From: Nitrospiraceae bacterium
Lineage (GTDB): Bacteria; Nitrospirota; Thermodesulfovibrionia; Thermodesulfovibrionales; UBA6898
Direction of reading: 5' to 3'
Assembly (NCBI GenBank): GCA_020347665.1
Contig: CP070737.1
Coordinates: 1,190,055 to 1,254,054, forward strand
Length of the DNA stretch: 64,000 nt
Shown here piece after piece: positions 25,494 through 34,833 of the stretch (its first letter is position 1; every line of letters starts with the position of its first letter). The notes under the pieces are model-generated. The model saw nothing but the letters and a program-made list of their open reading frames with translations. It was not told where the DNA came from and made no database searches. Position numbers and translations under genes: made by a program.

Positions 25494-26174
25494 ATGAAGA
25501 TTTTTCTTGCTATTTGTATAATGACGGCAGTTTTGGCAGGGGCAGGATATTATGGCCTGCCTCTTCTCATCGAAAGAGAAACAATGACACTGCAGACAGA
25601 AATGCTGGAGGTGCAGGAAAGGGTTGGAACCGTTGAACGTTATATGAAGGACGAAAAAGTGGCACGCGAAAAAGCGCAGTTGCCTCCTGATGCTGATGTG
25701 ACAAGTATCATTAAAGGTCTAAATGATGTTTCAGTAAAGATTAGTGCGGTGGATACTGCATTTCAGGAAAGCGCCGGTAAAACAGAAGAATCATTCAACC
25801 AGATGAAAACAGCTACAGATGAGGCATTCAGGGAAAATTCTGATGCGATCGCTGCATTAAGAGCTGATGTTCAGTCAGAGGTGCAGAAGCTGATGCTCGA
25901 TAAAGCAATAACAGATATCAGGGCACATATTTTAAAGGTAAAAGTAGAACTGGCTGCGCAGAATGTGGGGAGTGCGAAAACAGAAATGGATCGGATTATT
26001 GAAACACTGAAACACGCAGGAGAATTTACAGGAAAAGAAAAAGAGTCTGCACTCAATGAGTTGATGGACGCAGCAAAGAAAATTAAGGCAGAAGTTGATC
26101 AGGATCTCCCTGTTGCAGTAAACAGGATCGATCTGCTATGGCATGAGCTGGGTAAATTGCGCGGCAAGGACTAA
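25494..26174 (+). CDS. hypothetical N-terminally anchored coiled-coil protein
   Basis: GGAGGG Shine-Dalgarno before ATG 25494. One TM or signal helix, then heptad-rich sequence. Confidence 0.5.
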   Translation: MKIFLAICIMTAVLAGAGYYGLPLLIERETMTLQTEMLEVQERVGTVERYMKDEKVAREKAQLPPDADVTSIIKGLNDVSVKISAVDTAFQESAGKTEESFNQMKTATDEAFRENSDAIAALRADVQSEVQKLMLDKAITDIRAHILKVKVELAAQNVGSAKTEMDRIIETLKHAGEFTGKEKESALNELMDAAKKIKAEVDQDLPVAVNRIDLLWHELGKLRGKD

Positions 26175-26271
26175 CGCCTTAGGAGCAGTTTGTCTGCGAT
26201 AGCGGATAAACTGTCGCGTCGTGACGTGTACGAAGGGAATGTATAAAAAATGGAGGATTCTCCGGGAAGGG

Positions 26272-26724
26272 TTATTGTATCCACAAATAGTCTGTATGAA
26301 TCCATCCGATGTGGTCCCATTCATCCTTTACACGTACCCATTTCCCTTTCTTCTTGAGAACACGAAACGAGGAATATTGGGCGGCGGGGCTTAAGGAACT
26401 CGTGGAATAATTTGTTCCGGGTCCTTTTCTCACATTTACACTTGCCTTTTTGACCACTGCACACTTAAATGACGTGGTTATCAGTTTCTTGTGTATCCAG
26501 TTAATGTCCCCGTCAACATCTTTTACTGCAAACCAGTCACCTGATGTGGAAGCGCCTACTTTTAAGAACGGCATATATTTATATACCTCCCATGCTTTCT
26601 CATAACTGGTGCCGGGTCCGGTCCTTAAATTCGCTTTATTAATTTTTACGCACAACGGATATGCCTGTGCAGACCATAATAATGATAGCGCAATGAAGAA
26701 CAACACAGAGATGATCTTTTTCAT
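26272..26724 (-). CDS. secreted protein with two bacterial SH3 (SH3b) domains
   Basis: Signal peptide. The pattern NLRTGPGTSY / NVRKGPGTNY ...W..V.D..G..GWIH occurs twice. Confidence 0.7.
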   Translation of the reverse strand: MKKIISVLFFIALSLLWSAQAYPLCVKINKANLRTGPGTSYEKAWEVYKYMPFLKVGASTSGDWFAVKDVDGDINWIHKKLITTSFKCAVVKKASVNVRKGPGTNYSTSSLSPAAQYSSFRVLKKKGKWVRVKDEWDHIGWIHTDYLWIQ

Positions 26725-26998
26725 AGCCAGTCTCCCTCAAGTCATATCAGTCATACTCTTAAATGCGGTAATAAAAAAAGCAGTTTTATTCTTTCTTATT
26801 ATACAGTTTTGAGATTATATGTCAAACCAGGTCGTGATCAGGACTGCGGAACAGGCATAAGTTGCCTCGGGGAAATAATATTTGTTCATATCAGATGATG
26901 AGAATGGCATGCAGAGAATGAGACGAACATGCCGTGGTAAAGTTGACTATGGGAAAATTAAGCTATACAATAGACAAAATAAAATTCAGTGAGGGTAT

Positions 26999-28219
26999 AT
27001 GGGAAGACTGTTTATAGTTTTAGCTTTTGCCGGTTTTGTTCTCCTTACTGTCAAAAGTATTAATAGTTCTAATGTAGAGAGCCCGATTACGCTGCAAGCG
27101 GCATCAGATGGAACTGATCTCTACCATGAATTTATCGGCACGATCGAAGAAGGACAAACCTTTTTTGATATCTTCAGGCACTATGGCATTGACATGGCTG
27201 ACCTTGCGAACTTACAGGAAGCCTCTGCTGATGTTTACTCATTACGCAAGGTCTATCCGGGCAATCAGTATAAGATACGCGTGGACCCCGCTGACCATGT
27301 GCGATCATTGGTATACGATATCAATGACGATACGACACTGCGGATTACCAAGACTGATGCAGGGTTCCTTGCCGAAAAGATTTCTGCACAGTATGAAAGG
27401 GAAATACATCATGTTGGAGGTGCGATAAGAGATAATCTTATTAATGCCATAGGAGTTGGTAAGGACAATATTCTTCTGGCCCTCAATCTTTCTGATATCT
27501 TTGCATGGGATATTGACTTTTCAACTGATCTGCGAAAGGGTGATGAGTTTAGAATTATAGTCGAGGGTCTCTATAAAGACGGCCAATTCAGAAAATATGG
27601 AAATATTCTATCTGCTACATTCAAAAACAATGGAAAAGACTATGCTGCCTATAGATTTGAACATGACGCAGAAGCTGATTACTATGATCCTGACGGCATT
27701 TCATTACGAAAAGCCTTTCTCAAGGCGCCATTGAATTTCAGACGTATCAGTTCCAGTTTTACTTCACGGCGGCTTCACCCTATTCTCAAGATTTACAGGC
27801 CACATAACGGAATTGATTATTCTGCACCGAAAGGTACACCGGTATCTGCTGTGGGAGATGGGACAGTAACCTTCTCAGGATATAAAGGACAGTATGGAAA
27901 ACTGGTTATTGTCAGACACCCGAACGGATATAGAACCTATTATGGACATCTTTCCCGAATCAAAAAAAATGCCAGAAGAGGCTCCAAAGTTAAACAGGGC
28001 GATATCATTGGTTCTGTAGGTTCAACCGGCCTTGCAACCGGCCCGCATCTTCATTTTGAAATGAGGCGTAATAATAAACCAGTTAATCCTCGCACGATAA
28101 AAATGCCGAGAGGCAAGCCGGTTCCGAAGAGGCTGATGAGTGCGTTTCGGAATGTTAAATCTGAAATGGATTCACACCTTGCCATGATAAAACTTCCTGT
28201 ATATGCTTTAGCTCAATGA
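26999..28219 (+). CDS. M23-family peptidoglycan metalloendopeptidase
   Basis: HNGIDYSAPKGTPV...GHLS...GSTGLATGPHLHFEM zinc-ligand motifs. N-terminal anchor. Confidence 0.88.
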   Translation: MGRLFIVLAFAGFVLLTVKSINSSNVESPITLQAASDGTDLYHEFIGTIEEGQTFFDIFRHYGIDMADLANLQEASADVYSLRKVYPGNQYKIRVDPADHVRSLVYDINDDTTLRITKTDAGFLAEKISAQYEREIHHVGGAIRDNLINAIGVGKDNILLALNLSDIFAWDIDFSTDLRKGDEFRIIVEGLYKDGQFRKYGNILSATFKNNGKDYAAYRFEHDAEADYYDPDGISLRKAFLKAPLNFRRISSSFTSRRLHPILKIYRPHNGIDYSAPKGTPVSAVGDGTVTFSGYKGQYGKLVIVRHPNGYRTYYGHLSRIKKNARRGSKVKQGDIIGSVGSTGLATGPHLHFEMRRNNKPVNPRTIKMPRGKPVPKRLMSAFRNVKSEMDSHLAMIKLPVYALAQ

Positions 28220-28267
28220 GACTATCAGCAGAAATTCCGAATATGTACAGGCAATCAGGGTGGCGCA

Positions 28268-28936
28268 ATGACTGCAAAAAATAAGTCGTTTATATTTACT
28301 CAATGCGTCAATATCCTTAAGTCTACCGGGAAAAAAGCCGCAGATATACATGAGCTGAGAGCCATCATTGCGGACATTTCAGAGGAATCCATATTTCATC
28401 ATACCTGCCAATATTTTTTAAAAGAACATGTGCTTGAATATACAAACGACTTTGCTCGTTGGGCAGGAGAAAGTCTTGAAGAAAGTTCACTGGCTGAGCA
28501 TCTCTCAAATATCGACCCTTATGATTACCGGAATATGCAGGGATTAAGAAATGAGCTGCTGCGCGTTATCGATGATTATATGAAGAAATACCGTGAACCG
28601 AGACGGGCGATCCCGGGCGATGAATTTTATTTTAACGAGACGGTAACTCTGACATTTCCGGTTGGTATTCAGGCGCAAAATCTTGCTGAATTTTTGATCG
28701 GTATTCGATTCATTGATCCTCAATCAATTTATTATCACTTTTATGAAGCACGAATGCGTCTTCGAAACGGAGTAGATGACTTTTCTTTGTGGATGGAACA
28801 GGTCCTGGGAAAAAAAGAACTTGCTGAAAGAATCAGGGCAATTGATCCCTTTATGCACCATATTGAAGGTATTAGAGATTTCATCGTTACTGCTGTTGAG
28901 GAAGAAGTAAAAAACGAGATGGAGGTCATTCATTAA
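28268..28936 (+). CDS. conserved hypothetical protein (I believe DUF5752-type) translationally coupled to treT
   Basis: No catalytic motif recognised. Its stop overlaps the treT ATG (TAATG). Confidence 0.5.
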   Translation: MTAKNKSFIFTQCVNILKSTGKKAADIHELRAIIADISEESIFHHTCQYFLKEHVLEYTNDFARWAGESLEESSLAEHLSNIDPYDYRNMQGLRNELLRVIDDYMKKYREPRRAIPGDEFYFNETVTLTFPVGIQAQNLAEFLIGIRFIDPQSIYYHFYEARMRLRNGVDDFSLWMEQVLGKKELAERIRAIDPFMHHIEGIRDFIVTAVEEEVKNEMEVIH

Positions 28937-30147
28937 TGATCAACGAATATTTTGGCGTAGCTCCCAAGGGAGATCTCCTGCTCATTCAAAAGCTGGGCGA
29001 AAAATTCAGGAGCAGATCACTTGTTCACATTAACTCAACTCGCGAGGGGGGAGGTGTTGCTGAAATATTATACAGAATGATCCCGATCATACATGAACTC
29101 GGGATTGATGTTAGGTGGGAAGTTATGGAGGGTGATGAACGATTTTATGATATTACAAAAAAGATTCATAATGCACTTCAGGGCTACCCGGAAAAAATCT
29201 CAAGGCAGATGTGGGATTATCACTTTGAGGTGAATCAACAAAATGCCGGCAGACTCAGTCTGGATTCAGATGCGGTGTTTATACATGATCCCCAGCCGTC
29301 GCCGTTAATAAAATTCAAAAAAAAAGGTACATGGATGTGGCGGTGTCATATTGATGTAGCCAACCCAATCCACGAAGTCTGTAATTATCTCAAAAAATAC
29401 TGCAAAAAATTTGATGCTGCGATCTTCTCCGTTGCACAGTTTGCTCAGGAGATGCCTATTGCGGAATTCATTATTCCACCTTCCATAGACCCGTTCAGTG
29501 AAAAAAACCGTGAGCTCGGAGATAAAGAGATAAAAGAAACCGTAGACAGACTGGAGATACCGACTGACAGGCCGATTATTCTGCAGGTATCCAGGTTCGA
29601 CCGGTTTAAGGATCCTATCGGTGTTATCGAGGCATACAGGAATGTTAAGAAATATAATGACTGCATTTTGATTCTTGCAGGAAGCCCCGCTACAGATGAT
29701 CCGGAGGGCTCAGAGGTCTTGGAGGAAGTAAGACAATACGCTGCCGGTGACTCTGATATTAAAGTGTTACTTCTGCCCCCGTTCAGTGATAAAGACATTA
29801 ATGCCCTCCAGCGCATTGCAACGATTGTTGTCCAGAAATCATTAAAAGAAGGCTTTGGGTTAACTGTTTCTGAAGCCATGTGGAAGGGAAAGCCTGTCCT
29901 GGGTGGAGCTGCCGGCGGCATACCACTGCAGATTATTCACGGGATTACGGGATTTCTTGTCTATTCAGTAGAAGGTGCTGCTTTCAGAATCAGACAGTTC
30001 CTCAACAACCCGGGCATGGCTGTCAGAATGGGAGAAAAGGGCAAGGAATACATAAGACAGAACTTTCTCATGACACGACAGATCAGGGATTACCTGTCAG
30101 TATGGTATGCGCTCGAAAACAGGGGCAAAAGCATTTTGGAACTATAG
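28936..30147 (+). CDS. treT: TreT-type GT4 glycosyltransferase (trehalose glycosyltransferring synthase family)
   Basis: Collinear with archaeal TreT as I recall it: VHINST.EGGGVAEIL, FY.ITKKIHNALQG, HDPQP, WRCHID, PPSIDP.SEKN, QVSRFD, DDPEG, EGFGLTVSEAMWKGKPV. Confidence 0.72.
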   Translation: MINEYFGVAPKGDLLLIQKLGEKFRSRSLVHINSTREGGGVAEILYRMIPIIHELGIDVRWEVMEGDERFYDITKKIHNALQGYPEKISRQMWDYHFEVNQQNAGRLSLDSDAVFIHDPQPSPLIKFKKKGTWMWRCHIDVANPIHEVCNYLKKYCKKFDAAIFSVAQFAQEMPIAEFIIPPSIDPFSEKNRELGDKEIKETVDRLEIPTDRPIILQVSRFDRFKDPIGVIEAYRNVKKYNDCILILAGSPATDDPEGSEVLEEVRQYAAGDSDIKVLLLPPFSDKDINALQRIATIVVQKSLKEGFGLTVSEAMWKGKPVLGGAAGGIPLQIIHGITGFLVYSVEGAAFRIRQFLNNPGMAVRMGEKGKEYIRQNFLMTRQIRDYLSVWYALENRGKSILEL

Positions 30148-30536
30148 TTATGTTATCAATCAGCTACCCCTGAAGGAAGCCACATACCATTTCTTCACGG
30201 TAACTGACAGGCTTCTTCAGGTGATCGACATACGTATCGCACGGTTACAGTTCAAGATCGTCGCTTTCTTTGATTCTCTGGTGATTCAGTCAGTTCGGTT
30301 GCGGAGTCTTTCATATAACATGTTAATTTATAACGATAATGCCTTGATTCTATCTATGAGGCACTGTTTCTGAGTACCCCGCGAAACGGAAGCGGCAATA
30401 CCTTTTTCATACCAGAAGCCTGAAACGGTTATAAGGCTGAATGGGGAATAAGTTATAATAAACTCTCTACTTTTTTATAGCTTTTTTTATGATTCCAGGG
30501 GGGAGCATCGTCTTGCATCGCAGAAGGAAATGATAT

Positions 30537-32369
30537 ATGCGTTTAGGAGCCGAGTACTTAGGAGACGGAAAGAGCGAATTTGTTGTTTGGGCGCCGTTCA
30601 AAAAGCGCATGGCCGTACATCTCCTTGATGCTGTTGATACGGTTGCACCGATGAAAAGAGATAAGAATGGTTACTGGAAAACGGTTATCCATAACCAGTC
30701 CCCGGGAGTGCGTTATTATTACACGATAGAAAATACCGTCGATAGGCCGGATCCTGCTTCCCATTATCAGCCCGAAGGCGTTCATGGTCCTTCTCAGGTG
30801 ATTGATCACGATCTATTTGCTTGGGATGATAATGACTGGCAAGGCATTCCCCTTTCAGAGATGATACTCTATGAAATCCATGTAGGCACATTCACGCAGG
30901 AGGGAACATTCGACGCGATGATACCCCGTGTGACAGAATTAGGCGAGACCGGGTTCAATGCTATTGAACTGATGCCTGTGGCACAATTTCCCGGTGCGAG
31001 AAACTGGGGATATGATGGAACATACCCTTTTGCCGTCCAGAATTCATATGGAGGTCCGGAAGGTCTCAAGCGTTTTGTCAATGCATGCCATACGCACGGT
31101 ATCGCTGTTGTTCTCGATGTCGTTTACAACCATCTTGGCCCTGAAGGAAATTATCTTGGTGACTTTGGTCCGTATTTCACTGATAAATATAAGACACCCT
31201 GGGGAGATGCAATCAATTTTGATGATGCATATAATGATGAAGTAAGAAACTTTTTTTTCGAAAATGCATACCATTGGTATTATTATTATCATATAGATGC
31301 CCTCAGACTCGATGCGATACACGGCATTACAGACATGAGTGCCAAACCGTTTCTGCAGGAACTTACTGAACGTATAAAAGTCATCACTGAGAAGAGCCAT
31401 AGAACGTTCCATCTTATTGCTGAAAGTGATCTCAATGATGTGCGAGTAATATCGCCGGCAGAGCAGGGCGGCTTTGGACTGGGGGCCCAGTGGAACGATG
31501 ATTTTCATCATTCCCTGCACACATTGCTTACCGGAGAAAAAACTGGCTACTATGCTGACTTTGGAACAATAGAGCATTTTTTGAAAGCTATGAAAGAAGG
31601 GTTTGTCTACTCATGGACGTATTCAGAATACAGAAAGCGATATCACGGCAGTTCATCAAATAACAGGCCGTACGATCAGTTTATTGTATCTGCACAGAAC
31701 CATGATCAGGTCGGCAACAGAGTGCAGGGGGATAGACTTTCAGTGCTGGTTTCATTTGAGGCTCTCAAACTGGCGGCCGGTGCTGTTATCTGTTCACCCT
31801 TTATCCCCTTACTTTTTATGGGTGAAGAGTACGGTGAAAGAGCCCCTTTTATTTATTTTGTTGATCATGCTGATCATGAGCTTATACAAGCTGTGCGCAG
31901 CGGCAGGAAGAGAGAATTTCAGCATTTTTCATGGCAGGATGATCCTCCGGATCCCCAGGATATCGAGACATTTCTGAAATCTAAAATAGACTGGGAAAAA
32001 CGCACAGAGGGACAGCATAATGTTCTCCTCAACTTTTACCGGCGGTTGATGGTTTTGAGAAGAGAAATTCCCTCACTCTGTCATTCCGAGAAGAAAGATA
32101 CGGATGTATTTAGTCCGAACGATGGTATGGTCGTCTGTATGCAGAGGTCTCATATGACCGGCACATCGCTCTCTATTATGAATTTTAGCCCCTTCGAGGT
32201 TTCGCTGCGCATTGATAAATCAAAAAACAGATTTCGAAAAAGAATTGATTCTGCTGACCAGAGCTGGAGCGGCCCAGGATCTGTCCTGCCGGACGATGTC
32301 ATGCCTCATGATGAGATCAGGATGCAGGGGTTGAATTTTGCCTTGTATGTCTCTGAAGGAGGTTCGTAG
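30537..32369 (+). CDS. treZ: malto-oligosyltrehalose trehalohydrolase (GH13)
   Basis: N-terminal E-set segment (FVVWAP), then DVVYNH, LRLDA, AESD and QNHDQVGNR conserved GH13 regions. Confidence 0.88.
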   Translation: MRLGAEYLGDGKSEFVVWAPFKKRMAVHLLDAVDTVAPMKRDKNGYWKTVIHNQSPGVRYYYTIENTVDRPDPASHYQPEGVHGPSQVIDHDLFAWDDNDWQGIPLSEMILYEIHVGTFTQEGTFDAMIPRVTELGETGFNAIELMPVAQFPGARNWGYDGTYPFAVQNSYGGPEGLKRFVNACHTHGIAVVLDVVYNHLGPEGNYLGDFGPYFTDKYKTPWGDAINFDDAYNDEVRNFFFENAYHWYYYYHIDALRLDAIHGITDMSAKPFLQELTERIKVITEKSHRTFHLIAESDLNDVRVISPAEQGGFGLGAQWNDDFHHSLHTLLTGEKTGYYADFGTIEHFLKAMKEGFVYSWTYSEYRKRYHGSSSNNRPYDQFIVSAQNHDQVGNRVQGDRLSVLVSFEALKLAAGAVICSPFIPLLFMGEEYGERAPFIYFVDHADHELIQAVRSGRKREFQHFSWQDDPPDPQDIETFLKSKIDWEKRTEGQHNVLLNFYRRLMVLRREIPSLCHSEKKDTDVFSPNDGMVVCMQRSHMTGTSLSIMNFSPFEVSLRIDKSKNRFRKRIDSADQSWSGPGSVLPDDVMPHDEIRMQGLNFALYVSEGGS

Positions 32370-34816
32370 TGGAGCGCTATCTCTGCATCCATGGACATTT
32401 TTACCAACCGCCCCGTGAAAATCCCTGGCTTGAAGCGATCGAAATTCAGGATTCTGCTTATCCCTATCATGACTGGAATGAGCGGGTAACGGCTGAGTGT
32501 TATGCACCTAATGCTGCTTCAAGAATTCTGAATGATGAAAAACGGATCATTGATATTTCCAGTAATTATTCCAGATTAAGTTTCGATTTCGGACCTACCT
32601 TGTTGTCGTGGCTTGAGATATATGCTGCCGACATATATAGAGCAGTTCTCGAGGCTGACAAGAAAAGTATTGAATGGCGGTCCGGGCACGGTAATGCAAT
32701 CGCACAAATTTATAATCATCTCATAATGCCTCTGTCAAATAAACGGGATAAGCAGACGCAGGTAATCTGGGGAATAAAGGATTTTGAGAAAAGGTTTCAG
32801 CGATTTCCTGAAGGCATGTGGCTTTCCGAGACGGCCGTGGATATTGAGACCCTGGAGGTTCTTGCAGAGCATGGGATACGGTTTACCCTACTGGCACCGC
32901 ATCAGGCACACAGGGTAAGAAAACTCGGTACGGGTAAATGGAAGGATGTCAGTGACGCACGAGTTGATCCAACCATGGCATATCTCTGCAGGTTGCCCTC
33001 AGGCCGGAGCATTACGATATTCTTTTATGATGGCCCCATATCACAGGCCGTTGCATTTGAAAAACTGCTTTCGAGCGGAGAGGCTTTTGCTGATCGTCTC
33101 AATACCGGATTTTCAGATGCGAGGAGTTGGTCTCAGATTATGAACATCGCAACAGATGGAGAGACATATGGTCATCACCACAGATTCGGGGACATGGCTC
33201 TCGCCTATAGCCTTGATTATATTGAGGGTACTGGAATGGCTATTCTTACGAATTACGGTGAGTATCTTGAGCGTTTTCCGCCGACGTATGAGGTGCAGAT
33301 CATTGAACGTTCCTCCTGGAGCTGTGTTCATGGTATTGAACGGTGGAAGAGTGACTGTGGATGTAATACTGGAGGTAACCCGGAATGGAACCAGGAGTGG
33401 AGGGCTCCGTTACGTGATGCTCTGGATTGGCTGAGAGATCAGTTGTCCGTTCGATATGAAAACCGGATAAAGGACTACCTGAATGATCCATGGTCTGCAC
33501 GCGATGAATATATTGACGTAATTCTGGACAGATCACGTGACAATGTCATGAAATATATCAAAAAGTTTTCGAAACACAATATTGAAAATGGTGATGTGGT
33601 AACCATCTTAAAGCTGCTTGAAATCCAAAGACATGCAATGTTGATGTATACCAGTTGTGGATGGTTTTTTGATGATCTCTCAGGAATCGAAACGATACAG
33701 GTTATACAGTATGCCGGAAGAGCTCTCCAGTTGTATGAAGATGTTGAGAATGATATGGATCTGGAAAAAAGTTTTCTGGAAAAACTTGCAGCAAGCAGGA
33801 GTAATCTGTATCACGATAAAAACGGAGCTGATCTTTATCAGAAATATGTAAAGCCATCCAAAGTGGACTTTGAAGGGGTCGGCGCTCATTACGCCGTCAG
33901 TTCGCTTTTTGAGGACTATGCTGACACAGAGAGCATATATTGCTATGATGTAAAAAAAGAGGATTATCAAAAAGTCCATGCTGGTGACAAGAGCATGGCA
34001 GTTGGAAAAATTATGGTTTCATCGAACATTACCTGGAGGTCTGAAGAGCTGAGTTTTGCCGTACTTCATCTCGGCAGTCATGATCTGAACGGTGGGGTCC
34101 ACGCATTTGTCGGCGAAGAGGAGTATCAGACAATGAAGGATGAAATGATGTCATCTTTTGAAGCCGGAAGCTTCTCGGACATCGTACGTTCCATTGATGC
34201 TCATTTCGAGACACATAATTATTCGCTCAGGGATCTTTTCAGAGATGAACAGCGCAAGATACTGAATCTGAATATCAGCTCCGTGTTGGAGGAGTTCCAG
34301 ACTACCTATCGCCATATGTATGAGCATAATATTATCCTGATGAATTTCCTTCGTGAAGCCTGTATGCCCATACCCCATGCGTTTTTTACTGCTGCAGAAT
34401 TCATACTGAATTCTGATATTCAGAGGGCTTTCAGGGAAGACGACCTGGACATCCCGAGAATAGAGAGTATTGTAAATGAGGCCAAGACATGGAATATACC
34501 ATTACATTCTGTAGAGCTGGAATTTATAATTAGACAGAAAATAGAGATGCTCATGAACGATATACGGGAAAACCCGATTAATTCATCCAAACTTATTACG
34601 ATGCAAGAGATTCTGAAGCTTCTCCGATCTATCCCTCTTGAGATCAATTTATGGTCCGTGCAAAATATTTACTTTGAGTTGGCACAAGAAAAATATCATG
34701 ATCTCCTGTCACAATTACAACCGGAAGACGAGGGTGCTTCCCGATGGGCAGATGCCTTTAAACAGCTTGGTGATGTACTGAATTTTGATTTATCAGCAAT
34801 TGTTTTGGATGCGTGA
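32369..34816 (+). CDS. GH57-family alpha-glucan-active enzyme with a long C-terminal extension (DUF3536-like)
   Basis: IHGHFYQPPREN (region I), GMWLSETAV (nucleophile Glu) and ATDGETYGHH (acid/base Asp). GTG start overlaps the treZ stop (TAGTG). Confidence 0.8.
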   Translation: MERYLCIHGHFYQPPRENPWLEAIEIQDSAYPYHDWNERVTAECYAPNAASRILNDEKRIIDISSNYSRLSFDFGPTLLSWLEIYAADIYRAVLEADKKSIEWRSGHGNAIAQIYNHLIMPLSNKRDKQTQVIWGIKDFEKRFQRFPEGMWLSETAVDIETLEVLAEHGIRFTLLAPHQAHRVRKLGTGKWKDVSDARVDPTMAYLCRLPSGRSITIFFYDGPISQAVAFEKLLSSGEAFADRLNTGFSDARSWSQIMNIATDGETYGHHHRFGDMALAYSLDYIEGTGMAILTNYGEYLERFPPTYEVQIIERSSWSCVHGIERWKSDCGCNTGGNPEWNQEWRAPLRDALDWLRDQLSVRYENRIKDYLNDPWSARDEYIDVILDRSRDNVMKYIKKFSKHNIENGDVVTILKLLEIQRHAMLMYTSCGWFFDDLSGIETIQVIQYAGRALQLYEDVENDMDLEKSFLEKLAASRSNLYHDKNGADLYQKYVKPSKVDFEGVGAHYAVSSLFEDYADTESIYCYDVKKEDYQKVHAGDKSMAVGKIMVSSNITWRSEELSFAVLHLGSHDLNGGVHAFVGEEEYQTMKDEMMSSFEAGSFSDIVRSIDAHFETHNYSLRDLFRDEQRKILNLNISSVLEEFQTTYRHMYEHNIILMNFLREACMPIPHAFFTAAEFILNSDIQRAFREDDLDIPRIESIVNEAKTWNIPLHSVELEFIIRQKIEMLMNDIRENPINSSKLITMQEILKLLRSIPLEINLWSVQNIYFELAQEKYHDLLSQLQPEDEGASRWADAFKQLGDVLNFDLSAIVLDA

Positions 34817-34833
34817 TGTGGACTCATTAATTG

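Noticed and set aside
30160-30190. GAAGGAAGC string reminiscent of the SRP (4.5S) RNA domain IV motif
   Set aside because: The flanking conserved SRP nucleotides and the long helix are absent, so this is a chance match.
30107-30373. 88-aa ORF in the treT/treZ spacer
   Set aside because: It overlaps the treT 3' end out of frame, has no ribosome-binding site and has an odd composition. The spacer itself is still reported as unexplained.
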